Positions 23,666-32,413 of a stretch of 64,000 nucleotides of DNA are shown piece after piece. The position numbers and the translations under genes were made by a program. The notes beneath the pieces were generated by a model. The model did not search any database and was not told where the DNA came from. It was given only the letters and a program-made list of their open reading frames with translations. Where the stretch lies: the NCBI RefSeq assembly GCF_003018235.1, contig NZ_CP027437.1. The stretch is one strand, 5' to 3'. Source of the stretch: Escherichia coli. Its GTDB lineage: Bacteria > Pseudomonadota > Gammaproteobacteria > Enterobacterales > Enterobacteriaceae. How positions within the stretch are numbered: the first letter of the stretch is position 1; each line of letters begins with the position of its first letter.

Positions 23666-24088
23666 ATGATCCCATCTCAAATCTCTTTCAACACCCTTCC
23701 TGTCAATGCAACATACGCTTCAGAGACAACAGTTGACACACAAAAATTCTCTGACATCCTCTACTCAGCGGGGTGTTCCCTAAAGGATCTGGCTTATCTG
23801 AGCAGATGTCTGGCATCAATACATCCGACTATCGCCAAAAACATTTATGAAACAGAAAATCTCAGCGATCAAAAATTACTGCATATTGATTGCCGTAGTA
23901 CAAATGAAATCAAGATAAATATCTTTTTTGGTCAACAACGAGAAGGATTAATTGAAATTAATTCTGACACTGTCATTTTTCCGATATTGTCTTCATTAAT
24001 TGACTCCGCCATTTCTAAATTTCAACACCAAATCCCCGTTAACGGTTCAGTAAATCCTGACCTATTGTATGAGGATTATACTGATTAA
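23666..24088 (+). CDS. hypothetical protein (140 aa), AT-rich, acidic C-terminus
   Basis: ORF immediately downstream of the 314-aa ORF in same orientation and composition. Confidence 0.5.
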   Translation: MIPSQISFNTLPVNATYASETTVDTQKFSDILYSAGCSLKDLAYLSRCLASIHPTIAKNIYETENLSDQKLLHIDCRSTNEIKINIFFGQQREGLIEINSDTVIFPILSSLIDSAISKFQHQIPVNGSVNPDLLYEDYTD

Positions 24089-24634
24089 ATCCACCCAGTC
24101 GCGAAAATGGCCTGCGTTATTGCCAGACGTAATAAAACTTTTGATTAACGTTACTCGTACTGGTAGCACCTTCATGTACTTTTCTTTTTTACGAAAAATC
24201 AAAAGAGCTAACAAAGGTCATAATTCGCATGAATCATTAATTATTTGTTATTTTCAACATTATTTTTACATTAAGCAGAGATGAATTGCAGTGAAATTCG
24301 ACTTAACTTTTATGAAATGCATTTACTCATGGCTAAAGCCACGTCACAAAAATGCAAATTAGAAGTTGATCACAATTATCTCAATACATCAAATCAAGTT
24401 AATTTTAAAAATTTAACATTCATGACATTAGTTGACATAACACACTGAATTAAAATGAGAATTTGAAAACACACTTTAAACAATCATTTCCCGAAAGACA
24501 TTTTGAAAATAGATCAATTGCAACATTACGGTCAGATAAAGACACTCCTGTGATATTAAACCTGTGCCGTTATGAGCGGCCATAAATACGACGTGTGTAA
24601 CTTATTTTACTCTCTGTCTTACAAAGGATTACCC

Positions 24635-25084
24635 ATGAAGAAAGCAACACTTGTGATTGGCGTTATTGGCGCGGACTGCCATGCAGTAGGCAATAAAGTT
24701 CTGGACCGCGTTTTTAGCAACCATGACTTCAGAGTTATTAATCTGGGCGTAATGGTCAGCCAGGACGAATATATTGATGCTGCCATTGAAACTGGTGCTG
24801 ACGCGATTGTCGTCTCCTCTATCTATGGGCATGGCGATATCGATTGTCTGGGCATGCGCGAACGCTGCATCGAGCGTGGGCTGGGTAACATCCTGCTCTA
24901 TGTGGGCGGTAACCTGGTGGTCGGAAAACATGACTTCGCTGACGTGGAAACCAAGTTCAAAGAGATGGGATTTGATCGCGTCTTTTCCCCAAGTCATGAC
25001 TTAGAAGATGTTTGTCAGCTGATGGCCCACGATATCAACCAACGTCATAACGTTGATACTCGCATTCTTGAAGAGGCAATCTGA
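24635..25084 (+). CDS. glmS: glutamate mutase sigma (B12-binding) subunit
   Basis: 149 aa from [21 protein letters not shown]: canonical DxHxxG cobalamin-binding motif and strong similarity to clostridial MutS/GlmS; RBS AAAGGA. Confidence 0.88.
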   Translation: MKKATLVIGVIGADCHAVGNKVLDRVFSNHDFRVINLGVMVSQDEYIDAAIETGADAIVVSSIYGHGDIDCLGMRERCIERGLGNILLYVGGNLVVGKHDFADVETKFKEMGFDRVFSPSHDLEDVCQLMAHDINQRHNVDTRILEEAI

Positions 25085-26472
25085 TGCAAATCGTCTCTGT
25101 CGATATTGGTTCGACGTGGACCAAAGCAGCCCTCTTCACCCGGGAGGGGGACGCGTTAACGTTGGTTAACCACGTTCTGACCCCAACCACCACCCATCAT
25201 CTGGCGAAGGGGTTTTTCTCCAGCCTGGACCAGGTGTTAAACGTAGATGATGCCCTCCCCCTGTTAAACAGTGGTGAGGTTGCATTGAAGTATTCCTCCT
25301 CTGCCAAAGGTGGGCTGGCGGTTGCCGCAATGGGATTGGTGCCTTCTATCACCCTGGAAACCGCGAAAGTAACCGCTCACTCTGCGGGTGCTAAAATTGC
25401 GCAATATTACGCCTACAAGCTGAACCGCCGTGATATCCAGGCACTGGAAGAAACGCAGCCCGATATTCTCTTATTCACCGGCGGCACCGATGGCGGAGAA
25501 GAAAGCTACGGACTGAATAACGCCCGTGTGTTGGCAGAATCCAAACTCGACTGCGCCATTATTTATGCCGGAAACCGGGATATTCAGGACGAGGTGCAGG
25601 AGATCCTCGGGCATAAAGACCTGACCATCGTCGACAACATTCTGCCCGATCTTGACCATCCGAACCCTTTAGCCGCACGCCAGGCTATCTGCGACATATT
25701 CCTTAAACGCATCGTTAAAGGGAAAGGGATGGATGTCGTTGTTGATAAAACAGGCGAAGAACCAATGCCGACACCATGGACGGTCTTTGAACTGGTTAAG
25801 GCAATCAGTAACGTCGATCACAGCTGGAAAGAGTTCATGCTGATCGACATGGGCGGCGCAACCACCGATGTCTATTCCGCCTGTGCCAACACGCTCTCGC
25901 CCGACACTGTTTTACATGGCGTACCGGAACCCTTCGTGAAACGGACGGTGGAAGGCGATCTGGGAATGCGCGTCTCGGCAATGGTGGTTGGTGAAAGTGC
26001 GAAAGAGTTAGTCAATGTGAATTTTGCTCAGCAACCCGCACAGCTGGACGCTTTTTATCATTACCTCCGTCATCTAGTCGCTCATCCCGACTACTTACCC
26101 GCGAATGCAGAAGAAAAATATTTCGATACCATCCTGGCCGGACTGTGTGTGGGTTATGCCACCGAAAGACATGCGGGCACCAAAAAAGAGGTCTGCACCT
26201 GCGTCGGCAATGTCGATTTACAGATGGGACGTGACCTGACAACCGTGCGTAAAGTCGTGGGTTCCGGCGGATGGCTCTCGCGTGCCAGTCAGTTCGATAT
26301 GCATCACTGGTTGAAATACCGCGAGTTAAACGACGACGGTAAACGCATTCTCTTACCGACCGAATTTGAATATTACCGCGATTCCCGGGGGCTATTACCA
26401 CTGCTGGCAAACGTCGCCAGAGTCGATCCACTGGCCGCCGCGCGCACCAGTATTCAATGCTTAACCCTATAA
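25084..26472 (+). CDS. glmL: glutamate mutase accessory protein GlmL/MutL (actin/Hsp70-fold ATPase-like, putative reactivase)
   Basis: 462 aa, translationally coupled (ATG overlaps glmS stop); sits between S and E subunit genes as in Clostridium. Confidence 0.75.
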   Translation: MQIVSVDIGSTWTKAALFTREGDALTLVNHVLTPTTTHHLAKGFFSSLDQVLNVDDALPLLNSGEVALKYSSSAKGGLAVAAMGLVPSITLETAKVTAHSAGAKIAQYYAYKLNRRDIQALEETQPDILLFTGGTDGGEESYGLNNARVLAESKLDCAIIYAGNRDIQDEVQEILGHKDLTIVDNILPDLDHPNPLAARQAICDIFLKRIVKGKGMDVVVDKTGEEPMPTPWTVFELVKAISNVDHSWKEFMLIDMGGATTDVYSACANTLSPDTVLHGVPEPFVKRTVEGDLGMRVSAMVVGESAKELVNVNFAQQPAQLDAFYHYLRHLVAHPDYLPANAEEKYFDTILAGLCVGYATERHAGTKKEVCTCVGNVDLQMGRDLTTVRKVVGSGGWLSRASQFDMHHWLKYRELNDDGKRILLPTEFEYYRDSRGLLPLLANVARVDPLAAARTSIQCLTL

Positions 26473-26490
26473 CAATTAAGGCTGCAATCA

Positions 26491-27936
26491 ATGGAACTTC
26501 GAAATAAGAAATTAACCCATAACGAATTCATGACCGAGCGGCAACAGGTATTGAAAACCTGGGAAACCGGCAAGGATGTTGAAAACTTTGAAGATGGCGT
26601 TAAATACCAACAAACCATTCCTGAGCATAAACGCTTCTCTCTTGCCCTGCTGAAAGCAGACAAGGAAGGTAAAACTCTTAGCCAACCGCGCGCAGGCGTG
26701 GCGCTGATGGACGAACACATCGAACTACTGAAAACACTACAAGAAGAGTGCGATCTGCTGCCGAGCACCATCGATGCATATACCCGTCTGAATCGGTACG
26801 AAGAAGCTGCTGTAGGGATTAAAAAATCCATCGAAGCCGGAACCTCTAAACTGAACGGTTTACCGGTCGTTAACCACGGCGTCGCAGCTTGCCGTCGCCT
26901 CACCGAAACTCTGCAAAAACCGCTACAGATCCGCCACGGCACGCCAGATGCGCGTCTGCTGGCTGAAATCTCGATGGCCAGCGGCTTTACCAGTTATGAA
27001 GGCGGCGGCATTTCCTACAATATTCCGTATGCCAAGCGCGTAACGCTGGAAAAATCGATCCGCGACTGGCAGTACTGCGACCGTTTAATGGGGATGTATG
27101 AAGAACACGGGATCCGCATCAACCGCGAACCATTTGGCCCACTAACGGGTACGCTGATCCCGCCGTTTATCTCGCACTCTATCGCGATAATCGAAGGATT
27201 ACTGGCGCTGGAACAGGGTGTGAAATCTATCACCGTTGGTTATGGACAGGTCGGCAGCCTGACGCAGGATGTCGCGGCGATCCAGTCTCTGCGTGAACTT
27301 GCACACGAATACTTTCAGAACTATGGCTATACCGACTATGAATTAAGTACCGTATTTCACCAGTGGATGGGCGGCTTTCCGGAAGACGAATCGAAAGCGT
27401 TCGCCATTATCTCCTGGGGTGCAGCCGTCGCGGGGATGTCTGGTGCCACCAAAGTCATCACCAAAAGCCCTCACGAAGCCTGGGGAATCCCGACTGCCGC
27501 TGCCAACATTCAGGGGCTGAAAGCCTCCCGCCAGATGCTCAACATGGTCAATGAGCAGAAATTCCCGCCGTGCCCTGCGGTTGAACTGGAAATTGAACTG
27601 ATTAAGAGCGAGGTTCGCGCGGTACTGAATAAAGTGTTCGAACTGGGTAATGGTGATATTGCGCGCGGTACGGTGCTGGCATTTGAAGCGGGCGTACTGG
27701 ATGTGCCATTTGCACCAGCCGCGTGTAACGCGGGCAAAATTCTTCCGGTCCGTGACAACACCGGCGCGATACGCGTACTGGAAGCCGGAGCCGTTCCATT
27801 GCCAAAAGATATTCTCGACCTCCACCACGATTACGTTGCTGAACGCGCACGCTTTGAAGGACGCCAACCGACATTCCAGATGGTTGTAGATGACATCAAT
27901 GCTGTATCCCACAGTAAATTAATAGGAAGACCATAA
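26491..27936 (+). CDS. glmE: glutamate mutase epsilon (catalytic) subunit, methylaspartate mutase E chain
   Basis: 481 aa; N-terminus MELRNKKLTHNEF...QVLKTWETGKDV closely resembles clostridial GlmE/MutE. Confidence 0.88.
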   Translation: MELRNKKLTHNEFMTERQQVLKTWETGKDVENFEDGVKYQQTIPEHKRFSLALLKADKEGKTLSQPRAGVALMDEHIELLKTLQEECDLLPSTIDAYTRLNRYEEAAVGIKKSIEAGTSKLNGLPVVNHGVAACRRLTETLQKPLQIRHGTPDARLLAEISMASGFTSYEGGGISYNIPYAKRVTLEKSIRDWQYCDRLMGMYEEHGIRINREPFGPLTGTLIPPFISHSIAIIEGLLALEQGVKSITVGYGQVGSLTQDVAAIQSLRELAHEYFQNYGYTDYELSTVFHQWMGGFPEDESKAFAIISWGAAVAGMSGATKVITKSPHEAWGIPTAAANIQGLKASRQMLNMVNEQKFPPCPAVELEIELIKSEVRAVLNKVFELGNGDIARGTVLAFEAGVLDVPFAPAACNAGKILPVRDNTGAIRVLEAGAVPLPKDILDLHHDYVAERARFEGRQPTFQMVVDDINAVSHSKLIGRP

Positions 27937-29177
27937 TGAAAATAAAACAGGCCCTTTTTACCGCTGGCTACTCCTCATTCTATTTCGATGACCAGCAGGC
28001 GATAAAAAACGGAGCGGGTCACGACGGTTTTTTTTATACCGGGGAGCCAGTAACACAGGGGTTTAACGCCGTACGTCAGGCCGGGGAGTGCGTATCGGTA
28101 CAGTTGATTCTGGAAAACGGCGCGGTCGCCGTAGGTGACTGTGCTGCCGTACAGTATTCCGGGGCAGGTGGTCGCGATCCACTGTTCCTCGCGGAGCACT
28201 TTATTCCGTTCCTCAACGACCATATCAAGCCATTACTGGTAGGCCGCGATGTGGATACTTTCCTGCCGAATGCCCGTTTCTTCGACAAATTGCGTATTGA
28301 CGGCAACTTGCTGCATACCGCCGTGCGCTACGGATTATCACAGGCGCTGCTTGATGCTACCGCGCTGGCAACCGGCCGTCTGAAAACTGAAGTGGTCTGT
28401 GATGAATGGCAGTTGCCACGCGTGGCGGAATCCATTCCATTATTTGGTCAGAGCGGCGACGATCGATATATCGCCGTCGATAAGATGATCCTTAAGGGCA
28501 TCGACGTGCAGCCCCATGCACTGATTAATAACGTCGAAGAGAAACTGGGCTTTAAAGGTGAAAAACTGCGCGAATATGTCCGCTGGCTGTCGGATCGTAT
28601 TCTGAGCAAGCGCACCAGCGCACGCTACCACCCTACCCTGCACATCGATGTATACGGCACTATCGGTCTGATCTTCGATATGGATCCGCTTCGCTGTGCG
28701 CAATACATCGCCAGCCTGGAAAAAGAAGCGCAAGGCCTGCCGCTCTACATTGAAGGTCCGGTCGATGCCGGTAACAAGCCCGATCAAATTCGCCTGCTGA
28801 CCGCGATTACCAAAGAGCTGACGCGCCTCGGTTCCGGCGTGAAACTAGTGGCCGATGAATGGTGTAACACCTACCAGGATATTGTTGATTTCACCGATGC
28901 CGCCAGTTGCCACATGGTGCAAATCAAAACCCCGGATCTGGGCAGTATTCACAACATCGTCAATGCAGTTCTTTATTGCAACAGCCACAGCATGGAAGCG
29001 TACCAGGGCGGCACCTGCAATGAAACTGATGTCAGTGCCCGCACCTGTGTCCACGTCGCCCTTGCCGCTCGCCCCATGCGTATGCTGGTAAAACCAGGGA
29101 TGGGCTTTGACGAAGGCCTCGATATCGTCTTCAACGAAATGAATCGTACTATCGCGCTGTTGCAGGCTAAGGATTAA
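27936..29177 (+). CDS. mal: 3-methylaspartate ammonia-lyase (methylaspartase)
   Basis: 413 aa; enolase-superfamily motifs (FYFDDQ, AVQYSGAGGRDPLFLA) matching clostridial/Citrobacter MAL. Confidence 0.9.
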   Translation: MKIKQALFTAGYSSFYFDDQQAIKNGAGHDGFFYTGEPVTQGFNAVRQAGECVSVQLILENGAVAVGDCAAVQYSGAGGRDPLFLAEHFIPFLNDHIKPLLVGRDVDTFLPNARFFDKLRIDGNLLHTAVRYGLSQALLDATALATGRLKTEVVCDEWQLPRVAESIPLFGQSGDDRYIAVDKMILKGIDVQPHALINNVEEKLGFKGEKLREYVRWLSDRILSKRTSARYHPTLHIDVYGTIGLIFDMDPLRCAQYIASLEKEAQGLPLYIEGPVDAGNKPDQIRLLTAITKELTRLGSGVKLVADEWCNTYQDIVDFTDAASCHMVQIKTPDLGSIHNIVNAVLYCNSHSMEAYQGGTCNETDVSARTCVHVALAARPMRMLVKPGMGFDEGLDIVFNEMNRTIALLQAKD

Positions 29178-29180
29178 CAA

Positions 29181-30551
29181 ATGGCTCGTTCTTTTAAAGT
29201 CTTATCGCCAACGGCAATCCTCGGGTATGGATTCCCGGAGGAGAGCTTCCGCAAAGCGATGGCAGAATCGCCCGATCTGATCGCCGTTGATGCTGGCTCT
29301 TCCGATCCTGGCCCCCACTACCTCGGGGCGGGCAAACCGTTTACCGCTCGCGCAGGGGTCAAGCGCGATCTGCGCTATATGATCACCGCAGGCGTGCAAA
29401 ATAATATACCGGTGGTGATCGGAACGGCCGGCGGTTCTGGTGCCGCTCCACATCTGGAGTGGTGCCGAGAAATAATTCATGAGATTGCCCGGGAAGAGCA
29501 CCTCTCGTTCTCGATGGCGCTGATCCCGGCAGACGTTGACAAAGCTATCGTCCACCAGGCGCTGGATAACGGCAAAATCACGGCGCTGGATTTTGTCCCG
29601 CCGTTAACCCACGACGCGATTGACGAAAGTACGTATATCGTCGCGCAAATGGGCATCGAACCCTTCCAGCGGGCGCTGAAAGAAGGCGCGCAAGTGGTGC
29701 TGGGCGGGCGCGCTTACGACCCGGCCTGCTTTGCTGCGCTTCCGATCATGCAAGGCTTTGATGAAGGTCTGGCGCTGCATTGTGGGAAAATCCTTGAATG
29801 CGCGGCAATCGCCGCAACGCCCGGCTCAGGCTCTGACTGTGCGATGGGCATCATTGATGACAACGGCTTTACGCTGAAGACATTTAATCCGAAGCGTAAA
29901 TTTACCGAAACGTCAGCGGCTGCACACACACTGTATGAGAAATCCGATCCCTACTTCCTGCCTGGACCTGGCGGCGTGTTGAACCTGAAAGGCTGCACAT
30001 TTAAAGCGGTCAATGACAGCGAAGTGTACGTCAGCGGTTCTAAGCATGAAGAAACGCCGTATTCCCTGAAACTGGAAGGTGCGCGACGGGTGGGCTTCCG
30101 CTGTCTGACCATCGCCGGAACGCGCGACCCGATCATGATCGCCGGGATCGATAAAATCATCGATGAAGTCAAAACCAGCGTTTCGCGTAACCTGTCGCTC
30201 GACGATGACAGCATTCACATCAATTTCCACCTGTACGGCAAAAACGGGGTGATGGGCGACCATGAACCGATGCAAACTGCCGGGCATGAGCTGGGGATTG
30301 TCCTAGATGTAGTTGCGCCGACCCAGGAGATTGCCAACAGCGTTTGCTCGCTGGTGCGCTCTACTATGCTGCACTACGGCTATGAAAACCGCATCGCTAC
30401 CGCAGGCAACCTGGCGTTCCCGTTCTCCCCTTCTGATATCCAGGGCGGGCCAGTATACGAATTTTCCATATATCACCTGATTGAAGCCAACGACGCTCTG
30501 CGTTTTGATTTCCATATTGAACAGGTGACGCCAGAAGGAGTTCAGGCATGA
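29181..30551 (+). CDS. conserved protein of unknown function, AtuA-like N-terminal part (DUF1446-type)
   Basis: 456 aa soluble protein; domain assignment from memory, not verified. Confidence 0.55.
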   Translation: MARSFKVLSPTAILGYGFPEESFRKAMAESPDLIAVDAGSSDPGPHYLGAGKPFTARAGVKRDLRYMITAGVQNNIPVVIGTAGGSGAAPHLEWCREIIHEIAREEHLSFSMALIPADVDKAIVHQALDNGKITALDFVPPLTHDAIDESTYIVAQMGIEPFQRALKEGAQVVLGGRAYDPACFAALPIMQGFDEGLALHCGKILECAAIAATPGSGSDCAMGIIDDNGFTLKTFNPKRKFTETSAAAHTLYEKSDPYFLPGPGGVLNLKGCTFKAVNDSEVYVSGSKHEETPYSLKLEGARRVGFRCLTIAGTRDPIMIAGIDKIIDEVKTSVSRNLSLDDDSIHINFHLYGKNGVMGDHEPMQTAGHELGIVLDVVAPTQEIANSVCSLVRSTMLHYGYENRIATAGNLAFPFSPSDIQGGPVYEFSIYHLIEANDALRFDFHIEQVTPEGVQA

Positions 30552-30865
30552 AACAGTCAATTGTCTCACTGGCGCAAGTCATTCGTTCGAAAAATGCCGG
30601 ACCTTACGAACTGGTTTTAGATATTTTATTTAAAACGAAAGAAAACTATGAGCGAGTTAAATCATCAGGGCAATTAACCCCAGAACTGATCGCGCGCTTA
30701 TATCATGTTGAACCTGACTTTATTCATCGTATTGTCTGGTTTGATCCTTCTAACGCAGTAAAAATCGTCATGCCACGAGATATTATCTCCGGGAATGTAG
30801 GTGACAATGATGTCTATGGCGCACAGCAACATGCACCTTTATTAAATATGAGTTTCGATTTGTAA
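30548..30865 (+). CDS. small conserved protein, AtuA-like C-terminal part (DUF4387-type)
   Basis: 105 aa; start overlaps upstream stop (ATGA), suggesting a two-subunit pair. Confidence 0.5.
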   Translation: MKQSIVSLAQVIRSKNAGPYELVLDILFKTKENYERVKSSGQLTPELIARLYHVEPDFIHRIVWFDPSNAVKIVMPRDIISGNVGDNDVYGAQQHAPLLNMSFDL

Positions 30866-30948
30866 AAATCCGAACACTTTTAGCCAACTGACATCCCGTC
30901 ACTTATTGCAGTTCAACACTTCAGCTATTTGTAAGGTTGTAATAGCAG

Positions 30949-30980
30949 GTAGATGCCTGAATCTCTATTCGGGCATCTAC
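30949..30980 (+). other. stable hairpin between AtuA-like pair and transporter gene
   Basis: Perfect 9-bp stem GTAGATGCC/GGCATCTAC followed by T-rich stretch. Confidence 0.45.
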
Positions 30981-31025
30981 TTCTCCTGATTCTGATTTAT
31001 CGCGGTGCACCTGATGGAGGAAAAA

Positions 31026-32306
31026 ATGAAGAAAATAAGTTTAACCACGATGATTCTTTTGGCGCTCGTACTTGGAATGATTATCGGCGTAGTGCTCAAT
31101 AACACTGCTTCACCGGAAACCGCAAAACTCTATGCGCAAGAAATATCGATATTCACGACGATTTTCTTACGACTGATAAAAATGATTATCGCTCCGTTAG
31201 TGGTCTCTACCCTGGTGGTAGGTATAGCTAAAATGGGAGATGCCAAAGCCCTTGGTCGTATTTTTTCTAAAACACTCTTTTTATTTATTTGCGCCTCATT
31301 GCTGTCAATTGCCTTAGGCTTGATAACAGTAAATTTCTTCATGCCAGGCACAGGAATTAATTTTGTTGCACACGGAGCCGAAACCACCGGAGTGGTCGCA
31401 TCAGAACCCTTTACGCTAAAAGTATTTATTTCGCATGCTTTCCCCACCAGCATTGTCGATGCCATGGCGCACAATGAAATTTTGCAAATCGTAGTGTTCT
31501 CAATTTTCCTCGGCTGTAGCCTGACGGCGATTGGCGAGAAAGGCAGCGCCATCGTTCACGCCTTAGATTCGCTGGCACATGCCATGTTAAAGCTCACTGG
31601 CTACGTCATGCTCTTCGCTCCCCTGACCGTATTCGCTGCTATTTCAGCATTGATTGCTGAACGAGGACTGGCAGTTATGGTGAGCGCCGGGATCTTTATG
31701 GGTGAATTTTATTTCACCATGTTATTACTTTGGGTGCTGCTTATCGGTCTGGCCATCGTTTATGTCGGCCCCTGCATCAGACGCCTGACCCGCGCCCTTT
31801 CGGAACCCGCTCTGCTGGCATTTACCACATCCAGTTCTGAAGCGGCTTTTCCGGGAACGCTTGAAAAACTGGAGCAATTTGGCGTTTCCCCCAAAATTGC
31901 CAGCTTTGTCTTACCCATTGGCTACTCATTTAATCTCGTTGGATCAATGGCCTACTGCTCCTTCGCCACAGTTTTCATCGCCCAGGCCTGCAATATCCAT
32001 TTATCCATCGGTGAGCAAATCACCATGCTGTTGATCCTGATGTTGACCTCGAAAGGAATGGCTGGCGTACCACGCGCCTCAATGGTGGTTATCGCCGCCA
32101 CGCTCAACCAGTTCAATATTCCGGAAGCGGGGCTGATCTTGCTGATGGGCGTTGATCCGTTCCTTGATATGGGGCGTTCCGCGACAAACGTCATGAGCAA
32201 CGCAATGGGCGCTGCGATGGTGAGTCGGTGGGAAGGCGAACATTTCGGCGAGGGTTGTCGGGGTAAAGCATTAAAACCCAATGAATCGAACGTTGCTCTG
32301 CCCTGA
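31026..32306 (+). CDS. dicarboxylate/amino acid:cation symporter (DAACS family, GltP/DctA-like)
   Basis: About 426 aa polytopic protein with GltP/DctA-type motifs; RBS GGAGG before ATG at 31026. Confidence 0.8.
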   Translation: MKKISLTTMILLALVLGMIIGVVLNNTASPETAKLYAQEISIFTTIFLRLIKMIIAPLVVSTLVVGIAKMGDAKALGRIFSKTLFLFICASLLSIALGLITVNFFMPGTGINFVAHGAETTGVVASEPFTLKVFISHAFPTSIVDAMAHNEILQIVVFSIFLGCSLTAIGEKGSAIVHALDSLAHAMLKLTGYVMLFAPLTVFAAISALIAERGLAVMVSAGIFMGEFYFTMLLLWVLLIGLAIVYVGPCIRRLTRALSEPALLAFTTSSSEAAFPGTLEKLEQFGVSPKIASFVLPIGYSFNLVGSMAYCSFATVFIAQACNIHLSIGEQITMLLILMLTSKGMAGVPRASMVVIAATLNQFNIPEAGLILLMGVDPFLDMGRSATNVMSNAMGAAMVSRWEGEHFGEGCRGKALKPNESNVALP

Positions 32307-32413
32307 GGGGGATCTTAAGCAATCAGAAGCCAATGACTACGCATTTTTATAAGCCGGATCATGAAGTTAGACGGCAATTAAGTAACACTAACGTTTAAGG
32401 TGAAAAGTGAAAT

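Noticed and set aside
24366-24380. FNR box upstream of glmS
   Set aside because: Only a 3/5 match in the second half-site; too weak to annotate as a feature.
24572-24634. Upstream extension of glmS (ORF-track start MSGHKYDV...)
   Set aside because: Homologous S subunits begin at the Met preceding [11 protein letters not shown] and that ATG has a proper RBS; the 21-codon extension is probably untranslated.
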